From an uncultured Fibrobacteraceae bacterium (lineage in GTDB: Bacteria > Krumholzibacteriota > Krumholzibacteriia > LZORAL124-64-63), in the NCBI GenBank assembly GCA_964559455.1, contig CAZLHO010000003.1:42963-106962 (forward strand): a DNA stretch of 64,000 bases. Direction: 5' to 3'. The notes under the pieces were generated by a model, which worked only from the letters and a program-made list of their open reading frames with translations, ran no database searches and was not told the DNA's origin. Both the position numbers and the translations under genes were made by a program. Below, piece after piece: positions 58,863 through 64,000 of the stretch. How positions within the stretch are numbered: the stretch's first letter is position 1; each line of letters opens with the position of its first letter.

Positions 58863-60434
58863 ATGTACCTGGAACACTTCGGACTCTCGGCATCGCCGTT
58901 CATGCTCGGGCCCGAGACCCGCTTCGCCTATTCATCCACCGCCTACGGCGAGACGATGGCGCACCTCCTCTACGGATTGGAGGGCGGCGAGGAGATCGTC
59001 CTGATCACCGGGGAGATCGGCACCGGCAAGACGCTGGCCCTGCACTGCCTGATCGAGAACCTCAATCCCCTCTACCGGATCGCGTTCATCAACGTCACGG
59101 ACCTGAACTTCAACGAGTTCCTGAAGCTCGTTCTCGCGGAGCTCGATCTCGAGATCGCCGGCGGCGCCGACCGCGCCGATCTGCTGACAGCCCTGCGCCG
59201 GGAACTGGTGGCCAGCCGATCGCGCGCGGCAAAGATCCTGCTGATCGTCGACGAAGCCCAGAACCTCGAGATGCAGATTCTCGAGGATCTCAGGATGCTG
59301 ACGAACCTCGCCCAGCCCGGCGCCCAGGCCCTGCAGATCGTGTTCTCGGGGCAACCTTCGCTGGCCGCGAAAATCGACCATCCGGAGCTGGCCCAGCTCA
59401 AGCAGCGCATCAGGGTGCGCTATGAACTGGAGCCGCTTTCCCGCGACGAGATCGCGGACTACATCACCCACCGCATGCAGGTGGCGGGCGCCAGCTTGGA
59501 TCCCTTCGCGCGCTCGGCCGTCGACCGCATCTTTGTCCTGAGCGGCGGGATCCCGCGGCTGGTGAACTTCCTGGCCGACGGCGCCCTGCTCTCGGCCTTC
59601 GTCTCCGGCAGGAGCAAGGTGACCGCCGAGGATGTCGAGGACCGCGACCTCGCCCGCGCCTCTGCGGCGGCCCGGGTGTCCATCTCGCCGCCCTCGCCGG
59701 CGACGGAATCGCTCCCGGGCGGCAAGAGCGTCGAACCAGCGGGCCCGCCGCCGGAACCCGAGCCGGAGCCCGACCCGGAGCCCGACCCGGAACCCGAGCC
59801 CGAACGATCCGTCCCCCTGGCCGTGCGCCGCCCCCGTCGGGGAGGGGCCGGACGCGTCCTGGGCGTGGCGGCCGCGATCCTGGTCCTGGCCGCGGCGGCC
59901 TGGTTCTTCCGCGCCGGACTGGCCGACCTCTACGCGGGCCTGCGCGGGTCCGGGCCGGCGCCCGTCGCCGTCCAGCCGGTCCCGGACATCCCCAGCGACG
60001 TCGTGCCCGACGACGCACTCGACGAGGAGAGGGACGCCGCTGTCGACACGGCCGTCGCCGACGATACCGAGACCGACACGTCGGCGCCGACCGTCGTCCC
60101 GGCCGGGAACGAGGCCGAACCCGCCGCCGAATCCATCGCCGCGACACCCGAAGAGACCCCGCCGGCGGCGACCGCCGCCGCGCCCGCGCCCCTGGCGCCG
60201 GGCTTCTACATCCATGTCGGCTCGTTCCTGGATCCGGTCCGGGCCGAGGCCTACCGGCTGCGGCTGGAGGGCTCCGGCCACCCCACCGTCGTGCGCGACC
60301 GGAGCTTCGACGGCAGCCTCTGGCACCGGGTCTACGTGGGCCCCTTCGTCGACCTCGGCGCCGCCCGCGAGGCCGAGCTCGTCCTGAAGCGCGAGCACGC
60401 GATCACCTACACGATGATCCACGAGATCGGATGA
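58863..60434 (+). CDS. ExeA/GspA-like AAA ATPase fused to Pro/Glu-repeat linker, TM segment and C-terminal SPOR domain
   Basis: Walker A GEIGTGKT. Walker B LLIVDEAQ. (PEPEPEPDPEPDPEPEPE) linker. TM VLGVAAAILVLAAAAWFF. C-terminal FYIHVGSFLDP...WHRVYVGPF SPOR-like domain. Confidence 0.8.
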   Translation: MYLEHFGLSASPFMLGPETRFAYSSTAYGETMAHLLYGLEGGEEIVLITGEIGTGKTLALHCLIENLNPLYRIAFINVTDLNFNEFLKLVLAELDLEIAGGADRADLLTALRRELVASRSRAAKILLIVDEAQNLEMQILEDLRMLTNLAQPGAQALQIVFSGQPSLAAKIDHPELAQLKQRIRVRYELEPLSRDEIADYITHRMQVAGASLDPFARSAVDRIFVLSGGIPRLVNFLADGALLSAFVSGRSKVTAEDVEDRDLARASAAARVSISPPSPATESLPGGKSVEPAGPPPEPEPEPDPEPDPEPEPERSVPLAVRRPRRGGAGRVLGVAAAILVLAAAAWFFRAGLADLYAGLRGSGPAPVAVQPVPDIPSDVVPDDALDEERDAAVDTAVADDTETDTSAPTVVPAGNEAEPAAESIAATPEETPPAATAAAPAPLAPGFYIHVGSFLDPVRAEAYRLRLEGSGHPTVVRDRSFDGSLWHRVYVGPFVDLGAAREAELVLKREHAITYTMIHEIG

Positions 60435-60437
60435 GGC

Positions 60438-61628
60438 ATGGGGACTGCTGACGGGACATCCTCCCTGCGCGTCGCCCAGCTGATCGAGACCCTGGACATG
60501 GGCGGCGCCGAGCGCCTGGCGGTCCAGATCGCGAACGCCCGCGCCGCGGCGGGCGACGCCTCGCACCTCTACGTCCTGACCGATCCGGGCCCTCTCTCCG
60601 CCGCCATCGCTCCCGAGGTGCGCGTGCGCTACTTCGGCTATCGCCGGGTGCCGATCGGTCGGCCCTGGGCCTTTCTGGTCTCGCTGCGCCGCGGCTGGCG
60701 GCTGCTTTCGGAGCAGGCGGCCCGCGACGGGATCGCGATCATCCAGACCCACCTGCCGGCGGCAAACTTCTGGGGTCTGCTCCTGCAATGGCGGGGACGC
60801 TGCGCCGCGGTCCCCACCGTGCACAACAACCGGGAGTTCGACTACGGCGAGGCCGACGCCCCGCTGCGCCGCCGCCTGCGTCGACGCGCCTACGCCGAGA
60901 TGCTGCGCCGCTGCCCCGCAATCGTCGCGGTCAGCGAACGGGTGCGCGCCTCGCTGCTGACCGAGCTGGGCGCGGCCGACCCCGGTCCCGAACGCCTGCT
61001 GTCGGTGCCCAACGGCGTGCCCGAACCGCCGCCGCGCGACGACGCCTACCGCGCCGCCGTGCGCGAGCGCCACGGCGTCGGCGCCGACGAGTCCCTGGTC
61101 CTGGCCGCGGGCCGGCACTGCGAGCAGAAGGATTTCCGCACCCTGGTCGAGGCCGCCGCCCGGCTGCGCGATCGCGGCGTGTCCTGCCGGGTGCTGATCG
61201 CCGGCGACGGCCCGCTGCGCGCCGACCTGCGCCGGCGCGCGCGGCGCCTGGGTCTCGAGAGCGTCGTGCTTTTTCCCGGCAACGTGGACGACCTGGGCGA
61301 CCTGATGCAGGCCGCGGACATCTTCGTGCTCTCCTCGCTCTGGGAGGGCCTGCCCCTGGTCCTGCTCGAGGCCATGGCGGCCGCCCTGCCCGTGGTCGGC
61401 ACCCGCATCGACGGCATCGGCGAGATCCTGCGCGACGGCGAGACCGGTCGCCTGGTCTCGCCCGCCGATCCGGAGGTCATGGCCGACGCCGTCGCCGAGC
61501 TGCTGGCCGACCCTCAGCGGCGACGGGCCCTCGGCGAGGGGGGACGCGACCTGGTGCGGGAACGCTTTTCCTTCGCCCGCGTCGACCGCGACCTGGCGGC
61601 GCTGTACCATCGCATCGCCGGCGTCTGA
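60438..61628 (+). CDS. GT4-family glycosyltransferase
   Basis: WEGLPLVLLEAMAAALPVVGTRIDGIGE signature. Confidence 0.85.
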   Translation: MGTADGTSSLRVAQLIETLDMGGAERLAVQIANARAAAGDASHLYVLTDPGPLSAAIAPEVRVRYFGYRRVPIGRPWAFLVSLRRGWRLLSEQAARDGIAIIQTHLPAANFWGLLLQWRGRCAAVPTVHNNREFDYGEADAPLRRRLRRRAYAEMLRRCPAIVAVSERVRASLLTELGAADPGPERLLSVPNGVPEPPPRDDAYRAAVRERHGVGADESLVLAAGRHCEQKDFRTLVEAAARLRDRGVSCRVLIAGDGPLRADLRRRARRLGLESVVLFPGNVDDLGDLMQAADIFVLSSLWEGLPLVLLEAMAAALPVVGTRIDGIGEILRDGETGRLVSPADPEVMADAVAELLADPQRRRALGEGGRDLVRERFSFARVDRDLAALYHRIAGV

Positions 61629-61673
61629 GCCGCTTCGTCCCGAACACCGCCCGCGTCCGAACCGAGGACCGCC

Positions 61674-62528
61674 ATGCCCCTGCGCATCGCCAACGTCGCC
61701 TTCCTGAACACGCGCCCTCTCGTGGCTGGTCTGGCCGACGATCCCGGGGTGGAGCTGGTCGCCGACCTGCCCAGCCGCCTGGGCGCCCTGCTCGACGAGG
61801 ACCGGGCCGACGTGGCCATGCTCCCGGTCGTCGAGCACCTGCGCGGGGTCGGCGCCTGCCTGGTGCCGGGGGCGGCCATCGCGGCCCGGGGGCCCGTGGC
61901 CAGCGTCAAGCTCTTCCACCGGGGCGACGCCGCGGGGCTGGACCGCGTGGTCGTCGATCGGGGCAGCCGCACCAGCGCCGCCCTGCTCCGGGTGCTGCTG
62001 GACGAGCGGCACGGCGTCCGCCCCGATTTCGTCGAGGTGGCGCCCGATCCACGCGATCCCCTGGCCGGCGCCGACGGCGCGCTGGTCATCGGCGACCGCT
62101 GCTTCGCGGTCGAGGGGGCGCTGCGGCGGTCCGGCCGGCTGGGCCGCGACCTGTCGGCCATGGACCTGGGCGAGGCCTGGCACGCGATGACGGGCCTGCC
62201 CTTCGTCTTCGCCGCCTGGGTCGTGGGCGAGGGTTTCGCCCGGCGGGCCGGCGATGACGGACTACGCACCCTGACGGCGATGCTGCAGCGGGCCCGCAAC
62301 GCCGGGCTGGCGACCCTGGACGCGATCGCCGACCGGGCCGCCGCCGAGGGGCATGTCGGCCCCGGCGGGGAGCCCTCGGCGGCCGCCCTGCGCCGCTACT
62401 ACCGCGACAACCTGGATTTCGACCTCGGCGACGAGGAGCTGGCGGGCCTGGCGCGCTTCCGCGACCTGGCCGCGGCGCGGGGGCTCTGCCCGGCGGACCG
62501 GCCGCTGCGGCTGGCGCCCGGCCCCTAG
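61674..62528 (+). CDS. mqnA: Chorismate dehydratase MqnA (futalosine pathway)
   Basis: IANVAFLNTRPLVAGL N-terminus and overall MqnA (VitK2_biosynth) pattern. Confidence 0.8.
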   Translation: MPLRIANVAFLNTRPLVAGLADDPGVELVADLPSRLGALLDEDRADVAMLPVVEHLRGVGACLVPGAAIAARGPVASVKLFHRGDAAGLDRVVVDRGSRTSAALLRVLLDERHGVRPDFVEVAPDPRDPLAGADGALVIGDRCFAVEGALRRSGRLGRDLSAMDLGEAWHAMTGLPFVFAAWVVGEGFARRAGDDGLRTLTAMLQRARNAGLATLDAIADRAAAEGHVGPGGEPSAAALRRYYRDNLDFDLGDEELAGLARFRDLAAARGLCPADRPLRLAPGP

Positions 62529-62600
62529 CAGGCGTTGGCGGCCGCGGCGCCCCGGACTTAGCTTTCCCCGACCGCGCACGACCGCGCGGCGCACCCCTCC

Positions 62601-63779
62601 GTGGAGGACCCGATGGACGCCCGGACCCCGGAACCGACGACCGCCGCCATCGCCGACGCCGTGCCCCCGACCTCGTCGCCCGAGGCGCTGGAGATCCTGG
62701 CCGAGGCCGGTCGCCGCCGCCTCTCCGGCGGCGAGATCCTGCTGCTCTTCGAGGAGGCCGCCCTGCCCGACCTGGGCCGCGTCGCCCACGCCCTGCGCCT
62801 GGAGCGCGCCGACGCCGGCCTGGCCACCTACGTCGTCGACCGCAACGTCACCTACACGAACCTCTGCTACGTCGACTGCGAGTTCTGCGCCTTCAACCGG
62901 CACAAGGGCGACGCGGACGCCTACCTGTTGGAGCCGGACGAGATCCGCGCCAAGGTCGCCAGCGTCTTCGCCGCCGGCGGCAACCAGATCCTGCTGCAGG
63001 GGGGCCACCACCCGACGCTGAAGATCGACTGGTACGAGGATCTGCTGCGCGACCTCAAGCGTGAGTTTCCGGAGCTGTGGGTGCACGGCTTCTCGCCGAA
63101 CGAGGTGTTGCACGTGGCCAAGGTCACGCGCATCGCCACGCTCGAGGTCCTGAAGCGTCTGAGGGAGGCCGGCCTGGACTCGATCCCGGGCGGCGGCGCC
63201 GAGATCCTCAGCCCCCGCGTCCGCGAGCTGCTGGCCGCGCGCAAGACCACGGCCGACGAGTGGATCGCGATCATGGAGGAGGCCCACTTCCTGGGCCTGC
63301 CCACGACGGCGACCATGATGTTCGGCCACGTCGAGACCCTGGCCGAGCGGGTCGAGCACCTGCTGCGCCTGCGCGAGAGCCAGGACAAGACCCGCGGCTA
63401 TACAGCCTTCATCCCCTGGACCTTCCAGCCCGGCAACACCCCGCTGAGCCGCAAGCCGGAGCTGATGGCCGCCGTGACCGCCCGCGGCTACGCCGGCGCC
63501 CTGGACTACCTGCGCACCCTGGCGGTCTCGCGCATCGCCCTGGACAACTTCGCGAACATCCAGGCCTCGTGGGTCACGCAGGGCAAGGCCGTGGGCCAAC
63601 TGACCCTGCTCCACGGCGCCAACGACCTGGGCAGCACGATGATGGAGGAGAGCGTCGTCTCGGCCGCCGGCACGACCCACCCCCTGACCCGGACGGACCT
63701 GCACGAGATGATCCGCGGCGCCGGTTTCCGGCCCGCCCGGCGCGACAACGGCTACAACGTGCTCGAGCTCATCGACTGA
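62601..63779 (+). CDS. Radical SAM enzyme of the futalosine pathway (MqnC/MqnE family)
   Basis: CYVDCEFCAF radical-SAM CxxxCxxC. ~390 aa with MqnC/MqnE-like C-terminal region. Confidence 0.75.
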   Translation: MEDPMDARTPEPTTAAIADAVPPTSSPEALEILAEAGRRRLSGGEILLLFEEAALPDLGRVAHALRLERADAGLATYVVDRNVTYTNLCYVDCEFCAFNRHKGDADAYLLEPDEIRAKVASVFAAGGNQILLQGGHHPTLKIDWYEDLLRDLKREFPELWVHGFSPNEVLHVAKVTRIATLEVLKRLREAGLDSIPGGGAEILSPRVRELLAARKTTADEWIAIMEEAHFLGLPTTATMMFGHVETLAERVEHLLRLRESQDKTRGYTAFIPWTFQPGNTPLSRKPELMAAVTARGYAGALDYLRTLAVSRIALDNFANIQASWVTQGKAVGQLTLLHGANDLGSTMMEESVVSAAGTTHPLTRTDLHEMIRGAGFRPARRDNGYNVLELID

Positions 63780-63850
63780 TCCGAGTTCGGGGAACGCGAC
63801 GAGGCCGGCTTCCCGCGGGGGAGGCCGGCCTTCTCGCGTGCGGCGGCGGC

Positions 63851-64000
63851 CTATTCCAGGCGCAGCCAGTCCGTTCCGTAGATGGCGCGGGGGAAGAGGC
63901 GGGGCACCAGCCCGTAGAGGAACTGGCGCAGCTTCAGGGCCAGGTGGCTGGCGGCGTGGGCGCCGTGGACGGTGCGCAGGAAGCCCTCGAGGGTGTAGAT
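63851..64000 (-). CDS. Partial CDS (C-terminal 49 aa), unknown product
   Basis: Minus-strand ORF entering from the right edge, stop at 63851..63853. GC3-rich. Confidence 0.35.
   Translation of the reverse strand: MYTLEGFLRTVHGAHAASHLALKLRQFLYGLVPRLFPRAIYGTDWLRLE

Overview
This is a high-GC (~70%) bacterial chromosomal segment with Gram-negative hallmarks (Wza-type outer-membrane polysaccharide export protein, lipoproteins, a SPOR domain). It is densely coding and shows no obvious mobile elements, rRNA, tRNA or CRISPR. Reading left to right: (1) A minus-strand operon encodes a small Cys-rich cytoplasmic protein, a periplasmic octaheme c-type cytochrome and rnfCDGEAB (rnfB runs off the window edge). 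It is preceded by an AT-rich island with a Rex-like GTGAA-N6-TTCAC inverted repeat. (2) Assorted housekeeping and secreted genes follow: an SDR epimerase with a long C-terminal extension, a secreted HExxH protein, ArfB (TTG start), phosphomannomutase and two signal-peptide proteins. (3) A NYN + OST-HTH(LOTUS) protein with a Lys/Ala-rich histone-H1-like tail sits directly upstream of a large PEP-synthase-N-terminal-like (PPDK_N) kinase-like protein; gdhA follows. (4) A sensor-kinase and sigma-54 response-regulator operon lies directly upstream of a TPR-protein gene whose upstream region has a full UAS / IHF / -24/-12 architecture. (5) A strong sigma-70 promoter and a ~270-nt structured leader (possible sRNA) precede a translationally coupled CDGSH-YceI pair. 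(6) Next come mdh, a NUDIX hydrolase and an M48 lipoprotein protease, then a bacterial topoisomerase VI split as top6B - M32 carboxypeptidase - top6A (Top6A carries a Lys/Ala-rich N-terminal tail), then two paralogous SAM methyltransferases. (7) A ~26-kb polysaccharide biosynthesis/export locus (35.4-61.6 kb) contains seven GT4/GT1 glycosyltransferases, a GtrA + FAD-oxidoreductase + GT-C cassette, an asparagine-synthase-like amidotransferase, a Walker-A-degenerate BY-kinase-like protein, Wza, Wzz/PCP, an O-antigen-ligase-like polymerase, a MOP flippase, a FemAB-like protein, an LbH acetyltransferase, a deacetylase-like protein and an ExeA-like AAA ATPase fused to a SPOR domain. Long runs of GTGA/ATGA-overlapping genes indicate translational coupling. 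(8) The window ends with futalosine-pathway menaquinone genes mqnA plus a radical-SAM MqnC/E-type enzyme. Two unrelated secreted proteins share a near-identical ~18-residue C-terminal tail (VPV-x6-[TL]-G-x-VK-x-LFR-COOH), which could be an undescribed C-terminal sorting tag. Many large ORFs on the opposite strand of real genes are GC-rich frame artefacts and were not called.
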